A stretch of DNA of 64,000 nucleotides. Source: an uncultured Syntrophaceae bacterium (GTDB lineage: Bacteria; Desulfobacterota; Syntrophia; Syntrophales; UBA2210). Each line of letters starts with the position of its first letter. Positions within the stretch are counted from its first letter, which is position 1. Under the pieces are notes generated by a model, which did not search any database, had not been told where the DNA came from, and was given only the letters and a program-made list of their open reading frames with translations. Positions 1 to 11,070 of this stretch are shown in pieces. The stretch covers positions 5,912 to 69,911 of the forward strand of contig CAZSYH010000005.1 of the NCBI GenBank assembly GCA_964610735.1, given 5' to 3'. Position numbers and translations under genes: made by a program.

Positions 1-602
1 GAGTTAGTTTTACCTTGGAGATGGGAGGGACAGGCAAAGGTGTCGATATGACCGTTGTCGGCAGACATAATATATACAATGCCCTGGCCTGCGCGGCTGC
101 CTGCCGGGCCATGGATATTGGATACGATATGATTTGTAACGGATTGTCGGCATTTAGACAGATACAGGGCCGCATGGACGTTCACAGGCTGAAGAGTGGG
201 AGTTTCATTATCGATGATACCTACAACTCCAATCCTGCATCGGCAATGGAGGCCCTCAAGGCATTGAGCGATTTAAAGGGAAACAATGAGAGCATTGTTA
301 TTTTCGGAGATATGCTTGAACTGGGAGTGGAGGCTGAAAAACTGCACGAAGAGATTGGAATAGCTATGTCTGATACCGGCGTGGGCAGCATATTTCTCAG
401 AGGAGATTTCGCGGGATCTGTGGCGAGGGGCGCCATAGAAGAAGGGTTCAGGGAAGACCGCATATATTTTATCGAGACACCGGAAATGGTGATAGAAGCG
501 CTCCATTCATTGCTGCGCGAAGGAGACTGGATACTGGTAAAAGGATCGAGAAGCATGAAAATGGAGGAATTTCTCCAGGTAATAATAGAGGAGTTCGGTT
601 AA
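1..602 (+). CDS. murF: UDP-N-acetylmuramoyl-tripeptide--D-alanyl-D-alanine ligase, C-terminal part (5' end outside window)
   Basis: Frame is open to the window edge. Mur-ligase residues are present (GRHNIYNALA, DDTYNSNP). It lies directly upstream of mraY, as in dcw clusters. Confidence 0.85.
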   Translation, partial: VSFTLEMGGTGKGVDMTVVGRHNIYNALACAAACRAMDIGYDMICNGLSAFRQIQGRMDVHRLKSGSFIIDDTYNSNPASAMEALKALSDLKGNNESIVIFGDMLELGVEAEKLHEEIGIAMSDTGVGSIFLRGDFAGSVARGAIEEGFREDRIYFIETPEMVIEALHSLLREGDWILVKGSRSMKMEEFLQVIIEEFG

Positions 603-668
603 GTAATCATATCTGAATAGGAAGCTATACATTACGGCATCTTGGGGTTTGACCGGGAGAATTTATAA

Positions 669-1748
669 ATGATCTACCACTTCTTATATCCATTCAGCGA
701 TACATATTCCTGGCTTAATGTGTTTCGCTATATAACCTTCAGGACGATATACGCCACGATAACCGGTTTGACCATTTGTTTTGTCCTTGGGCCATGGGTG
801 ATTAATAAACTCCGGTCTATCGGCATAGAACAGCCTATCCGCGGTGACGGTCCCGGCTCTCATCTTTCAAAAGAGGGTACACCCACGATGGGCGGCATCC
901 TTGTCATCTTTTCTGTTGTTGTGTCAACCCTCCTCTGGGCAAAACTCAATGTGGGCTATGTATGGATTATTCTCATGGTAACGGTGGGATTCGGTCTTAT
1001 CGGTTTCTGGGATGATTACCAGAAATTGTCAAACAGAAGCAGCAGGGGGGTTCCGGGAAAACTCAGGCTTGCCGCGGAGATTATGATAGCGCTTTTTGTG
1101 AGTATTGTTCTTTACATGAACCCGGATTTCAGCTCGAATCTCACAGTGCCATTTTTTAAGACCATTCTTCCTGATCTTGGCTGGGGTTATGTAATCTTTT
1201 CTACGTTTGTTATTGTAGGGGCGGCAAACGCGGTAAATCTTACGGATGGTCTGGACGGTCTTGCCATAGGTCCGGCAACGATATGCTTCGGGACCTATCT
1301 TCTTTTTGCCTATTTTGCCGGGAATATAAAGTTGTCCGGATATCTCCAGCTATCCTATGTGGCGGGAGTGGGGGAGCTTGCGGTCTTTTGCGGCGCAATG
1401 GTTGGGGCCGGAGCCGGTTTCCTCTGGTACAATACCTATCCAGCTCAAATATTCATGGGAGATGTGGGGTCACTCTCTCTGGGCGGCGCTCTGGGTACTA
1501 TAGCCGTTCTCACAAAACAGGAGATACTCCTTGCGATAGTAGGAGGCATATTTGTAGTTGAGACCATTTCGGTCATCTTCCAGGTAGGTTGGTTCAAGGT
1601 GTCTAACGGGGACCGCATGTTCAGGATGGCGCCTATACATCACCACTTTGAGTTGAAGGGATGGGCGGAGCCTAAGGTTATTGTGCGTTTCTGGATCATT
1701 TCCATTATCCTCGCGCTTATCGCCATAAGTACTTTGAAGTTGAGGTAA
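669..1748 (+). CDS. mraY: phospho-N-acetylmuramoyl-pentapeptide transferase
   Basis: 359-aa polytopic membrane protein with MraY motifs ([22 protein letters not shown]). dcw gene order supports the call. Confidence 0.95.
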   Translation: MIYHFLYPFSDTYSWLNVFRYITFRTIYATITGLTICFVLGPWVINKLRSIGIEQPIRGDGPGSHLSKEGTPTMGGILVIFSVVVSTLLWAKLNVGYVWIILMVTVGFGLIGFWDDYQKLSNRSSRGVPGKLRLAAEIMIALFVSIVLYMNPDFSSNLTVPFFKTILPDLGWGYVIFSTFVIVGAANAVNLTDGLDGLAIGPATICFGTYLLFAYFAGNIKLSGYLQLSYVAGVGELAVFCGAMVGAGAGFLWYNTYPAQIFMGDVGSLSLGGALGTIAVLTKQEILLAIVGGIFVVETISVIFQVGWFKVSNGDRMFRMAPIHHHFELKGWAEPKVIVRFWIISIILALIAISTLKLR

Positions 1749-1768
1749 TGGGGGACAGTTTTGGGTAA

Positions 1769-3166
1769 ATGTTTATGAATCTTAGTGGAAAGAGAATTCT
1801 GGTAATCGGTCTGGGCCGAACCGGTGTGGCGACGGCCGGATTCCTGCTTGATAAGGGTGCCAGGGTTATGATTGCCGATGAAAAACCTGTCTCTGAGCTT
1901 GGAGATGCCGTTGATGTCTTTACGGGGCTGGCAGACGTGGAACTGGGCATCAGGCAGGATGATACAGATGTTCTTTCACGAACAGACATGATTGTGCCTT
2001 CACCGGGTGTTCCACCATTCAACACCCTGCTTGTGGAGGGCTTAAGAATGGGAATCCCGATTCTAAGCGAACTGGAACTTGCCTCCGGATATTTGAAAAA
2101 ACCGGCTATCGCGATTACCGGCACAAATGGGAAAACAACCACGACCAGTCTGCTGGGCAGGATACTGGAACATTGTGGCAAAAAGGTCTTTGTCGGCGGC
2201 AATATAGGCAATCCGCTTATATCGTATGTGAACGGCAGGCAGGAGGACGATTACGCGGTGATAGAAGTAAGCAGTTTCCAGTTACAGTGGGTCAGGAATT
2301 TTCACCCATTTATCGCTATGATTCTGAACGTAACCTGTGACCACGTCGATTATCATGGATCTTTTGAAGAATACCGCTCTGTTAAGGAAAGGATATTCGC
2401 ACGCCAGGGAGAAGGGGATCTTGCCATTCTGAATGCCGATGACCCTGTGTCGACGGATCTTTCGAAGGGCCTGCCAGCTGAACATGTCTCATGCTTCAGC
2501 TCATCGCAAAGATTGAAAGATGGAATGTTTATTGATGGCGAGTTCTTGAGATACCGCTCTGCCGGACCGGATGAGAAATATCCCATCCGGTCGATAGGAT
2601 TGAAAGGCGCGCACAATCTGGAAAATGTGATGGCTGCAGTGCTTGCCGCTAGAATGTGCGGGTGTTCGCCTGTGGAGATTATTGATGTGCTGGAGGGTTT
2701 TACCGGCATCCCTCACAGGATAGAATTTGCCGGAAGGGTGGATGGTGTAGAATATTACAACGATTCCAAGGGTACAAACGTGGACGCGGTCCACAGGGCA
2801 CTCGAATCATTCCCCGGGCCGGTTGTGCTCCTTATGGGAGGCAGATACAAGGGCGGGGACTTTGGAATACTTGCGGAACTTGTAAGGGAAAAGGTCAAGA
2901 TGCTGATCGTCTTCGGTGAAGCCGGAAGAGAGATAGATTCCATCATTGGTGGAATTACGAGGACTGAAATTGCAGGCAACCTGAAAAAGGCCGTCAACAT
3001 GGCTCGCGACAATTCGTCATCCGGCGACATCGTGCTGCTGTCACCCGGCTGCTCAAGTTTTGATGAATTCAAAAACTATGAGGAGCGGGGGGATGTTTTC
3101 AAGGACATGGTTGGTCAAATGGGTCGTCAAAAGGGACAGGGAACATGGGCGAACAGTCTTCATTAA
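1769..3166 (+). CDS. murD: UDP-N-acetylmuramoylalanine--D-glutamate ligase
   Basis: N-terminal Rossmann motif (VIGLGRTGVA) and Mur-ligase P-loop (GTNGKTTTT). Position between mraY and ftsW. The start could be the ATG at 1775. Confidence 0.92.
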   Translation: MFMNLSGKRILVIGLGRTGVATAGFLLDKGARVMIADEKPVSELGDAVDVFTGLADVELGIRQDDTDVLSRTDMIVPSPGVPPFNTLLVEGLRMGIPILSELELASGYLKKPAIAITGTNGKTTTTSLLGRILEHCGKKVFVGGNIGNPLISYVNGRQEDDYAVIEVSSFQLQWVRNFHPFIAMILNVTCDHVDYHGSFEEYRSVKERIFARQGEGDLAILNADDPVSTDLSKGLPAEHVSCFSSSQRLKDGMFIDGEFLRYRSAGPDEKYPIRSIGLKGAHNLENVMAAVLAARMCGCSPVEIIDVLEGFTGIPHRIEFAGRVDGVEYYNDSKGTNVDAVHRALESFPGPVVLLMGGRYKGGDFGILAELVREKVKMLIVFGEAGREIDSIIGGITRTEIAGNLKKAVNMARDNSSSGDIVLLSPGCSSFDEFKNYEERGDVFKDMVGQMGRQKGQGTWANSLH

Positions 3167-4284
3167 CAAGAAACAGGCCGGATATCGCGCTGCTTATTGT
3201 TACAATAATCCTGGTTGTCATCGGGACGGTTATGATCTACAGCTCGAGTTCCATAATTGCCATGGAAAAATATGGCGACGGGTACCACTATATCAAGAAG
3301 CAGATATTATTTGTCCTGATCGGGTTTGGTGTTATGACAGGAGCATCTAGGCTTCCCTACAGGTATTGGAAAAAAGCGGCTTATCCCGGCGTGCTTATAT
3401 CCATAGCGCTTCTGTCTCTGGTTCTTATTCCGGGCTTCGGTTTAAAGGCCGGCGGTGCCACCAGGTGGCTTCGCACTGGATATATGTCTTTCCAGGTATC
3501 CGAACTTGTGAAGATCATGCTGGTTATATTCCTGTCCCATTATTTTGCGAAGAAGATAGGACACATAAAGGAATTTTCGCGTGTCTTTGTGATCCCGCTG
3601 GTCATAATGATGGCAATTGTCGGCCTTGTGCTGTGTCAGCCGGATTTCGGCGCGGCCGTTATCATGGTTGTCGTGTTTATGCTTATGCTCTATCTGGCGG
3701 GGAGCAGAATTGTGTATCTTGCCGGTCTCGTGGCGGCTGTAATCCCTGTTGGCGTTGTTCTGATTCTCCATGAAAGTTACCGCATGCAGAGGCTGATGTC
3801 GTTCCTTAATCCATGGGAAGATCCATCCAATACAGGTTTTCAGATAATACAATCGTTTATTTCCTTCGGTTCCGGCGGAGCCTTTGGCGTGGGGCTTGGA
3901 AACGGAATGCAAAAGCTCTTTTATCTTCCCGAACCGCACACCGACTTCATCCTTTCGGTAATTGCTGAAGAGGGCGGTTTTGTAGGAGTTGTAATCATTA
4001 TTGTGTTGTTCTGCATCCTTGTCTTTCGTGGTTTCGCGATTTCCTTTAACTGCGCGGACCTGTTCGGAATGCTTCTGGCCTCCGGATTGACCACGGTCAT
4101 CGCACTGGAGGCGTTTATCAATATGGCGGCAGTTATGGGATTGCTTCCCACAAAGGGGCTGGTACTCCCATTCCTCAGCTACGGTGGCACATCACTGATG
4201 ATGTGCATGACGGCTGTCGGCATATTGCTGAACATATCTTCCTGTCGGGAACAGAACAGAGGGGAGATGGAAGGCCGGTCTTAG
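3145..4284 (+). CDS. ftsW: SEDS-family peptidoglycan glycosyltransferase FtsW
   Basis: 379-aa multi-TM protein with SEDS-like conserved stretches (PEPHTDFI, LPFLSYGGTS). dcw context supports the call. Confidence 0.9.
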   Translation: MGEQSSLTRNRPDIALLIVTIILVVIGTVMIYSSSSIIAMEKYGDGYHYIKKQILFVLIGFGVMTGASRLPYRYWKKAAYPGVLISIALLSLVLIPGFGLKAGGATRWLRTGYMSFQVSELVKIMLVIFLSHYFAKKIGHIKEFSRVFVIPLVIMMAIVGLVLCQPDFGAAVIMVVVFMLMLYLAGSRIVYLAGLVAAVIPVGVVLILHESYRMQRLMSFLNPWEDPSNTGFQIIQSFISFGSGGAFGVGLGNGMQKLFYLPEPHTDFILSVIAEEGGFVGVVIIIVLFCILVFRGFAISFNCADLFGMLLASGLTTVIALEAFINMAAVMGLLPTKGLVLPFLSYGGTSLMMCMTAVGILLNISSCREQNRGEMEGRS

Positions 4285-4287
4285 TCG

Positions 4288-5412
4288 ATGCTTATGGAGA
4301 AGGGCGTCAGGGTTATTATAGCGGGCGGAGGCACCGGGGGGCATGTATTCCCCGCCGTGGCGATCGCCGTGGAGTTTCTGGAGAGACCGGATGCGCGAGA
4401 TGTCCTTTTTATAGGAACTGAAAAGGGTCTGGAAGCCAGGGTTCTTCGTGATATGGGATTGACTCTTCGTACGATAAATGTGGAAGGAGTGAAGGGCAGG
4501 GGGGCTGCAAAGATGACGGTCAGTCTCCTGAAGATTCCGTGGAGCATAGCACAGTCGGTGTTTATTATACGTGACTTCCGCCCCGATATTGTTCTGGGTG
4601 TAGGGGGCTACGCTTCAGGGCCGGCGGTGATAGCAGCTCATTTTATGGGTATAAAAACAGCAATCGCGGAACAGAACGCCCTGCCCGGCCTTACAAACAG
4701 GATGCTTGGCAGGTTTGTGGACAAAATATTTCTCTCATTCCCCGATACGGGAAACTGGTTCGCGGACAGTAAAGTTGTTGCTACGGGAAACCCCGTGAGA
4801 AGGGAATTTGCGAGGGGCATTAAAAGATCTCGCAATGAAGGGAATAGATTTTCCATCCTTATATTTGGAGGCAGTCAGGGGGCCCGGGCCATCAACCGGG
4901 CGGTTGTGGAATCTATGAACTATTTGGAGGACATGCGATGCAGGTTGGTGATTACCCATCAAACGGGTAAGGAAGACTTCGATGAGGTGTCCGCCGCCTA
5001 TCGAGATCGGGGGGTAAATGCCGAGGTACATCCCTTTATTGTTGATATGTCTTCAGCTTATGGGGCAGCGGATCTCTTGATATGCAGGGCCGGCGCGACA
5101 TCCATTGCCGAGATAACGGCGACCGGAAAGGCATCTGTGCTTATTCCCTATCCATTCGCGGTCGGGAATCACCAGGAGTTGAATGCCCGCGTGCTGACTG
5201 ATGCGGGCGCGGCCGAAATGATCCTCGAGGACGGGCTTGATGGGAAAAGCCTTGCCGGGGTCATCAGGAGGCTTGCCGGCAGTCCGGAGACGATAGGAAG
5301 GATGGAAGAGAAATCTGGAAAACTGGGCAACGTGAAGGCGGCGGCACACATCGTGGATGAATGCATGATCATGCTGGACAGGGGACCGTTGACAGGGGTT
5401 GGAGGAGTCTGA
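4288..5412 (+). CDS. murG: UDP-N-acetylglucosamine--LipidI N-acetylglucosamine transferase
   Basis: GGTGGHVFPA N-terminal motif and glycosyltransferase-28 architecture. dcw context supports the call. Confidence 0.92.
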   Translation: MLMEKGVRVIIAGGGTGGHVFPAVAIAVEFLERPDARDVLFIGTEKGLEARVLRDMGLTLRTINVEGVKGRGAAKMTVSLLKIPWSIAQSVFIIRDFRPDIVLGVGGYASGPAVIAAHFMGIKTAIAEQNALPGLTNRMLGRFVDKIFLSFPDTGNWFADSKVVATGNPVRREFARGIKRSRNEGNRFSILIFGGSQGARAINRAVVESMNYLEDMRCRLVITHQTGKEDFDEVSAAYRDRGVNAEVHPFIVDMSSAYGAADLLICRAGATSIAEITATGKASVLIPYPFAVGNHQELNARVLTDAGAAEMILEDGLDGKSLAGVIRRLAGSPETIGRMEEKSGKLGNVKAAAHIVDECMIMLDRGPLTGVGGV

Positions 5413-6791
5413 TGTACAGAAGGGTGAAGAACATACATTTTGTCGGGATAGGCGGTATCGGTATGAGCGGCATTGCCGAGGTCCTCCTGAATCTCGGGTA
5501 CAAGATCAGCGGGTCCGATCTGGAACATACCGATATCACATCGAGGCTGGAATCACTCGGAGCCCGGATATTCCACGGCCACAGACCGTCAAACCTCACG
5601 GATGCCGATGTGGTTGTGAAATCGACAGCCATCGGCGAAGACAATCCCGAGGTAATGGAGGCCCACAGCCGGAATATTCCGGTTATCCCAAGGGCCGAGA
5701 TGCTGGCCGAACTGTTGAAGATGAAATATTCCATAGCAGTGTCTGGCTGTCATGGCAAGACTACAACAACTTCCATTATTTCAACGGTGCTTGCGCATGG
5801 TGATCTTGATCCTACGATGGTGATAGGGGGTAGACTGGACAGCATAGGAAGCAACGCACGATTGGGGGAGGGCGAATTTATTGTTGCCGAGGCCGATGAG
5901 AGCGACGGTTCTTTTCTCCATCTGAATCCGTATATCGCAGTGATTACGAATATAGATCGCGAACATCTGGATTATTATCCGGGAATAGGGGAGATCAAGT
6001 ATGCCTTTCTCCAATTTGCCAACTCGGTTCCCTTTTACGGGTCGGTCATATTATGCGGTGATTGTGACAATGTGAGGGATATCCTGCCGAGGATAAAGAG
6101 AAAAGTCGTTACCTATGGGGTGGATAACGAAGCCGATTTCAGAGCGATCGATATATCCTTCAGCGGGCTGACATCACAGTTTACTCTCTACCACAGGGAA
6201 ACCCTTCTCGGAAAAGTGGAGATGCAGGTTCCGGGCCTGTTCAATGTATACAATTCTATGGCCGCTGTGGCGGTGGCTCTGGAACTCGGTATGAAATTTT
6301 CCACGATACAGGAGGGGTTGAGTGCTTATAAGGGCGTGCACCGTCGACTGGAGACCAGGGGACAGACCGGTGGTGTCACGGTGGTTGATGATTATGGGCA
6401 TCATCCGACGGAGATAAAGGCGGTGCTGGCAGCCGCGAAGAATGCATGGGAAGGCAGGCGGCTGGTCGTCGTGTTTCAGCCTCACCGCTATACACGCACC
6501 AAGGCCCTGTTTGATGAGTTCCTGAATTCCTTTGACGACGCCGGGGTGTTGATTTTGACGGACATATATGCCGCGAGTGAGAAGGAGATAAAGGGCGTTC
6601 ATTCCATGAACCTTTGCAAAGGCATAAAGGACAATGGCCATGGTAATGTCACGTACCTGTCGGGTTTTAAGGAGATTGTCGATCACCTGTGTGCCATAGT
6701 GAAACCGGGTGATGTGGTCATGACGCTGGGGGCGGGAGATGTGTGGAAGATAGGAGAGGAGCTGCTGGGAAGACTTGGATGCCAGGAGTAG
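5412..6791 (+). CDS. murC: UDP-N-acetylmuramate--L-alanine ligase
   Basis: Start chosen at ATG 5412 (GGAGGAG RBS, TGATG overlap with the murG stop), giving MYRRVKNIHFVGIGGIGMSG. HGKTTTT P-loop is present. The longer track ORF from 5361 is judged an artefactual extension. Confidence 0.92.
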   Translation: MYRRVKNIHFVGIGGIGMSGIAEVLLNLGYKISGSDLEHTDITSRLESLGARIFHGHRPSNLTDADVVVKSTAIGEDNPEVMEAHSRNIPVIPRAEMLAELLKMKYSIAVSGCHGKTTTTSIISTVLAHGDLDPTMVIGGRLDSIGSNARLGEGEFIVAEADESDGSFLHLNPYIAVITNIDREHLDYYPGIGEIKYAFLQFANSVPFYGSVILCGDCDNVRDILPRIKRKVVTYGVDNEADFRAIDISFSGLTSQFTLYHRETLLGKVEMQVPGLFNVYNSMAAVAVALELGMKFSTIQEGLSAYKGVHRRLETRGQTGGVTVVDDYGHHPTEIKAVLAAAKNAWEGRRLVVVFQPHRYTRTKALFDEFLNSFDDAGVLILTDIYAASEKEIKGVHSMNLCKGIKDNGHGNVTYLSGFKEIVDHLCAIVKPGDVVMTLGAGDVWKIGEELLGRLGCQE

Positions 6792-6797
6792 AGACCG

Positions 6798-6832
6798 GGG
6801 ATCAGGGATTAGGGATTAGGGATCAGGGATCA
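6798..6832 (+). repeat. five tandem copies of the heptamer GGGATYA (G3-N4 tracts) in the murC-murB spacer
   Basis: Read directly: gggatca gggatta gggatta gggatca gggatca. It lies between the murC stop (6791) and the murB ATG (6839). Confidence 0.9.
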
Positions 6833-6838
6833 GGACGG

Positions 6839-7798
6839 ATGATTATAGACAGACAATTCAGGGACAAGATAGGCGGCATGGTCACCGGAAAGGTGCTCTT
6901 CGATGAGCCGATGTCTGAGCACACCTCCATGGGTGTCGGAGGCAGGGCTGACGCGCTGATCTTTCCCGATACTGTCGGTGAATTAAAAACGCTGGTTTCT
7001 TTTTTCCTTAGAGAAAAGGTTTCTTTCCTCCCTGTCGGAAACTGTACGAATCTTATCGTGAGAGATGGTGGTTACAGAGGGGTGCTGATTTCCCTGGAGG
7101 CGCTTCGAAGGCTGGAGATAAGGGACCAGAATCTCCCCCGTAGATCTACTCTGAAAGAAGAATATGCCGGCAGTGTCTGCTTTTATGCCCAGGCCGGGGT
7201 TTCACTCTCCGGCATTGTTGAGTTTTCGATCAGGGAAGCTCTATCAGGGATGGAATTTTGTGCCGGGATACCGGGCAGTGTCGGAGGTGGTCTGAAAATG
7301 AATGCCGGCGCGTGGGGAAAGGAGTTAAAGGATGTAGTGAAATCGGTTTCCATTATCGATGCCGGCGCGAAGACAAGGGAGATAGAGAGAAAAGACCTGC
7401 CGTTTGAGTACAGAAATCTCGATCTTCCCAAAGGGACAATTATTACAGGTGCCGACTTCCACCTTGCAAGAGGAGACAGAAATGAAATTCAGGGAAAGAT
7501 TTCAGACATTATGGCGATGCGCAGAGAAAAACACCCTTTGTTATATCGAAGCGCGGGTTCCGTGTTCAAAAACCGTCCCAACTGTCCGGCAGGAAAAATG
7601 ATTGAAGAGGCGGGGCTTAAGGGTCTTAAGGCAGGGGACGCGGAAATATCCGAAAAGCACGGGAATTTCATTGTGAATAGAGGCAACGCGAAAGCAGGCG
7701 ATGTTATCGCCCTAATTGATACAATCCAAAATAAAATTTTGGGTGAGAAAGGAATTCTTCTTGAAAAAGAGTTAAAGATCATAGGGGAGGATCTATGA
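6839..7798 (+). CDS. murB: UDP-N-acetylenolpyruvoylglucosamine reductase
   Basis: FAD-binding PCMH-type N-terminus (SEHTSMGVGGRADALIFP) and MurB C-terminal motifs (AGSVFKNP-like SAGSVFKNRP). The start is set at ATG 6839, after the heptamer repeat. Confidence 0.88.
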   Translation: MIIDRQFRDKIGGMVTGKVLFDEPMSEHTSMGVGGRADALIFPDTVGELKTLVSFFLREKVSFLPVGNCTNLIVRDGGYRGVLISLEALRRLEIRDQNLPRRSTLKEEYAGSVCFYAQAGVSLSGIVEFSIREALSGMEFCAGIPGSVGGGLKMNAGAWGKELKDVVKSVSIIDAGAKTREIERKDLPFEYRNLDLPKGTIITGADFHLARGDRNEIQGKISDIMAMRREKHPLLYRSAGSVFKNRPNCPAGKMIEEAGLKGLKAGDAEISEKHGNFIVNRGNAKAGDVIALIDTIQNKILGEKGILLEKELKIIGEDL

Positions 7799-8637
7799 AA
7801 AAACCCCTTGAAAGAATCCCTTCGCCGAAGAAGAACAGGCTGAAACGGCGATCAGGAGTGATCTCGGGCGAAATTTTCAGGACACTTGCCATTGTCGGTG
7901 TTGCCGGCCTGCTGGCCTTTTTCATGGTGTACGCATATAATTTTGCCATGTGTGCCAATTATTTCCAGTTGAAAAACACCATCGTCAGGGGTTGCGACAA
8001 GGTCAGCAAGGAGAGGATTGTTGAACTTGCGGGGATATTACCCTCTATAAATGTCCTGACTGTGAATTCCGGGAAGATGGCGCGAGGCATAGAGGATGAT
8101 CCGTGGATCAAGAATGCCTCTGTCGGAAGGGAATTTCCAGACAGGCTGGTTATTGAGGTTGTTGAGAGAGATGCCTTCGCTCTCCTTAAAAAGGACAAAG
8201 ACCTGTATGCTGTGGATCGTGGTGGAGAGGTGTTTAAAAAGTTTGAAGCGGGCGACCGAGTAAACGCTCCAGTGCTCACAGGGTTCTACAGAAATGGAAT
8301 AGTAAGAAAAAGTCTGCTGGAGAAGGCCTTTGAATTTCTTGACTATCTTTCTGAAGGAGACAATTTCCCGAGAGCATGGAATGTATCGGAGATTTATGTA
8401 GATGACCTGTATGAGTTTTCTGTTGTTACGGATAATCACCTGTTTTTGAATCTCGGTTTTGGAGATTACGGGAAAAAGTTGAAGAGGCTGAAGAGGGTTA
8501 TGATGGATCTGGCGCGAAGAAATCCGGATGGGGCGTCTTTGAGCATTGATCTCGTAGATTGCAGCAGGATTGTAGTTCAGCGTGGAAATGTTTTCAGTCC
8601 GAAAAGTCCGATAGAAGATCACAAGACAGAGATATGA
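7795..8637 (+). CDS. ftsQ: cell division protein FtsQ (single TM plus POTRA)
   Basis: One N-terminal TM helix followed by a POTRA/FtsQ-type domain. Sits between murB and ftsA, with an ATGA overlap to murB. Confidence 0.8.
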   Translation: MKKPLERIPSPKKNRLKRRSGVISGEIFRTLAIVGVAGLLAFFMVYAYNFAMCANYFQLKNTIVRGCDKVSKERIVELAGILPSINVLTVNSGKMARGIEDDPWIKNASVGREFPDRLVIEVVERDAFALLKKDKDLYAVDRGGEVFKKFEAGDRVNAPVLTGFYRNGIVRKSLLEKAFEFLDYLSEGDNFPRAWNVSEIYVDDLYEFSVVTDNHLFLNLGFGDYGKKLKRLKRVMMDLARRNPDGASLSIDLVDCSRIVVQRGNVFSPKSPIEDHKTEI

Positions 8638-8656
8638 TGTCGGAGAGGATGGATGG

Positions 8657-9883
8657 ATGGCAAAAAGGGAAAATATCGTAGTAGGGCTGGACATAGGAAC
8701 AACCAAAATATGTGCCGTTGTCGGTGAGATCACAAATGCCGGAATAGATATAATCGGGCTTGGCACTCATCCGTCAAGCGGTCTTCGGAAAGGTGTAGTC
8801 GTTAATATTGACAACACCGTGGATTCAATAAAGAGGGCTGTGGAAGAGGCGGAATTGATGTCGGGATGTGAGATAAGGTCCGTTTTTGCGGGTATTGCCG
8901 GGAGTCATATAAAGGGACTGAACAGTTATGGCATTGTGGCGGTCAAGGGCGGTGAAGTTGATGAATATGACGTAAAGAGAGCGTTGGAGGCGGCCAAGGC
9001 GGTTGCTATTCCTCTGGACAGGAGGATAATTCACATACTGCCTCAGTATTATATAGTTGACGATCAGGATGGAGTAAAAGAACCCATAGGGATGTCGGGG
9101 GTCAGGCTTGAAGCCAAGGTTCATGTTGTTACCGGAGCGATTACGTCCATACAGAATATAATGAAGTCAATTAATCGAGTGGGTCTGGATGTGAACGACA
9201 TCATTCTGGAACCCCTGGCCTCCAGCGAAACGATTCTCAGTCAGGATGAAAAGGAACTGGGCGTTGCCCTGATCGATATCGGTGGCGGTACCACTGACAT
9301 AGCGGTGTTTGCCGGGGGAAGCATTCAGCATACCGCTGTCCTGCCTCTGGGGGGCAATTACGTTACCAGTGATATATCTGTGGGACTGCGGACTCCGGTG
9401 CTGGAAGCTGAAAAGATAAAGATAAGGTATGGCTGCGCATATACTCCGCTGATACCCCAGAATGAAATCATAGAGGTCCCAAGTGTGGGTGGAAGAAGTC
9501 CGAGAAATATTTCAAGGCAGGTGCTGGGGGAGATCATTGAGCCGCGCATGGAAGAGATTCTCAGTCTCGCGCAGAGAGAAATTGTCAAATCGGGTTATGA
9601 CGATTTATTGGCTGCAGGTGTTGTGCTTACAGGGGGGACAGCAACCCTTGGAGGGATAACGGAACTGGCGGAGCAGATATTTAACACCCCGGTAAGGAAG
9701 GGATATCCCATGGGTGTGGGAGGTATTACAGATATAATTAATAACCCGATGTATGCGACGGGAGTGGGTCTGGTTGTTCATGGAAGTAAAGACCACTCTG
9801 ATTATGCCGTAAAGAAAAGTGAAAAGAATATACTGGGGAACCTGACAAAAAAAATAAAAAGATGGTTCAACGATTTTTTCTGA
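8657..9883 (+). CDS. ftsA: cell division protein FtsA
   Basis: Actin-like ATPase motifs ([22 protein letters not shown]) and a C-terminal amphipathic tail. Confidence 0.93.
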   Translation: MAKRENIVVGLDIGTTKICAVVGEITNAGIDIIGLGTHPSSGLRKGVVVNIDNTVDSIKRAVEEAELMSGCEIRSVFAGIAGSHIKGLNSYGIVAVKGGEVDEYDVKRALEAAKAVAIPLDRRIIHILPQYYIVDDQDGVKEPIGMSGVRLEAKVHVVTGAITSIQNIMKSINRVGLDVNDIILEPLASSETILSQDEKELGVALIDIGGGTTDIAVFAGGSIQHTAVLPLGGNYVTSDISVGLRTPVLEAEKIKIRYGCAYTPLIPQNEIIEVPSVGGRSPRNISRQVLGEIIEPRMEEILSLAQREIVKSGYDDLLAAGVVLTGGTATLGGITELAEQIFNTPVRKGYPMGVGGITDIINNPMYATGVGLVVHGSKDHSDYAVKKSEKNILGNLTKKIKRWFNDFF

Positions 9884-9900
9884 GAAGGGAGGGTATTAAC

Positions 9901-11070
9901 ATGTTTGAATTAGTAAAAGGTAACGCTAAAAGCAACACAGCAAAGATCAAGGTTATAGGTATCGGAGGTGGCGGAGGAAATGCCGTTAATATGATGATGA
10001 CCTATAATCTCAAAGGTGTGGATTTCATCGTGGCAAACACGGATTCCCAGGCTATGGTGGCGTCAAAAGCTCCGATAAAAGTACAATTGGGCGCGGAGAT
10101 TACAAAGGGTCTTGGCGCAGGATCGGATCCTGAAGTGGGTAAGAAGGCGGCTATTGAATCCCAGGACAAGCTGAGGGAACTCCTGGATGGAGCTGATATG
10201 GTTTTCGTGACGGCAGGTCTTGGCGGAGGTACCGGAACCGGTGGCGCACCGATTGTGGCGGAAATCGCGAAAGAACTGGGGGCGCTCACTGTCGCGGTAG
10301 TCACAAGACCGTTTCAGTTTGAGGGAAAGAAACGGGAGAGACAGGCGGAGGAAGGCCTCACAGAATTGAAAAAGGTGGTTGATACGCTTATTGTAGTTCC
10401 TAATCAAAGGCTTCTGAGCATCAGTGGGAGAAATATGTCTTTTTCTGATGCGTTCAAAAAGGCTGACGATATTCTCTACAACGGAGTTAAAGGAATTTCC
10501 GACCTTATTATGGTTCCCGGTCTGATCAATCTTGATTTCGCTGATGTCAAGAATGTCATGTCCGAGATGGGACTGGCTCTTATGGGTACCGGTGTGGCCA
10601 GTGGTGATAACAGGGCTGTTGAAGCCGCGCAGAAGGCGATTTCCTCTCCCCTGCTGGAAGAAAACTCTATTCAGGGGGCTCGGGGTATACTTCTCAACAT
10701 AACAGGCGGACCCAATATAACACTTTTTGAGGTAAATGAGGCGTCATCTCTGATACAGGCCGAGGCTCACGAAGACGCAAACATTATATTCGGAATGGTT
10801 GTCGATGATAATATGGAAGACGAGGTACGTATTACCGTCATTGCAACAGGATTCGATTCAAACGGCTGGAATGGTGAAAGAGTTTCTGAAATTCCCAAAA
10901 TACCGAGTTTAAACGACAGAAGAAGAGACGATCTGTCAATCCCTACTTTTAAAAGAAACCGGGACGATAAGACAGGAGAGAAGCCTGTTGTTATCAGGAT
11001 GGGAATGATAAATGATGATGACAATCCGGATTTTGAAACCCCTGCCTTCCTCAGGAGACAGGCAGATTAG
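9901..11070 (+). CDS. ftsZ: cell division GTPase FtsZ
   Basis: Tubulin signature [17 protein letters not shown]-like NTDSQAM, and a conserved C-terminal peptide (DIPAFLRRQ-like [10 protein letters not shown]). The start is at ATG 9901. Confidence 0.97.
   Translation: MFELVKGNAKSNTAKIKVIGIGGGGGNAVNMMMTYNLKGVDFIVANTDSQAMVASKAPIKVQLGAEITKGLGAGSDPEVGKKAAIESQDKLRELLDGADMVFVTAGLGGGTGTGGAPIVAEIAKELGALTVAVVTRPFQFEGKKRERQAEEGLTELKKVVDTLIVVPNQRLLSISGRNMSFSDAFKKADDILYNGVKGISDLIMVPGLINLDFADVKNVMSEMGLALMGTGVASGDNRAVEAAQKAISSPLLEENSIQGARGILLNITGGPNITLFEVNEASSLIQAEAHEDANIIFGMVVDDNMEDEVRITVIATGFDSNGWNGERVSEIPKIPSLNDRRRDDLSIPTFKRNRDDKTGEKPVVIRMGMINDDDNPDFETPAFLRRQAD

Noticed and set aside
5361-5411. N-terminal extensions of murC (from 5361), murB (from 6743), ftsZ (from 9862), the Isf-like gene (to 32685) and others in the ORF track
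   Set aside because: Downstream ATGs with good Shine-Dalgarno sequences give N-termini matching the conserved family starts. The extensions overlap upstream genes or repeats.
6798-6832. Heptamer repeat as a CRISPR-like or telomere-like element
   Set aside because: It has contiguous 7-bp units with no spacers and only 35 bp in total. The resemblance to TTAGGG-type repeats is superficial in a bacterial operon spacer.
1-11070. Absence of ddl and the presence of murB between murC and ftsQ as an anomaly of the dcw cluster
   Set aside because: The order murC-murB-ftsQ is a common variant in many non-enteric bacteria, and ddl is often encoded elsewhere. This is not unusual.
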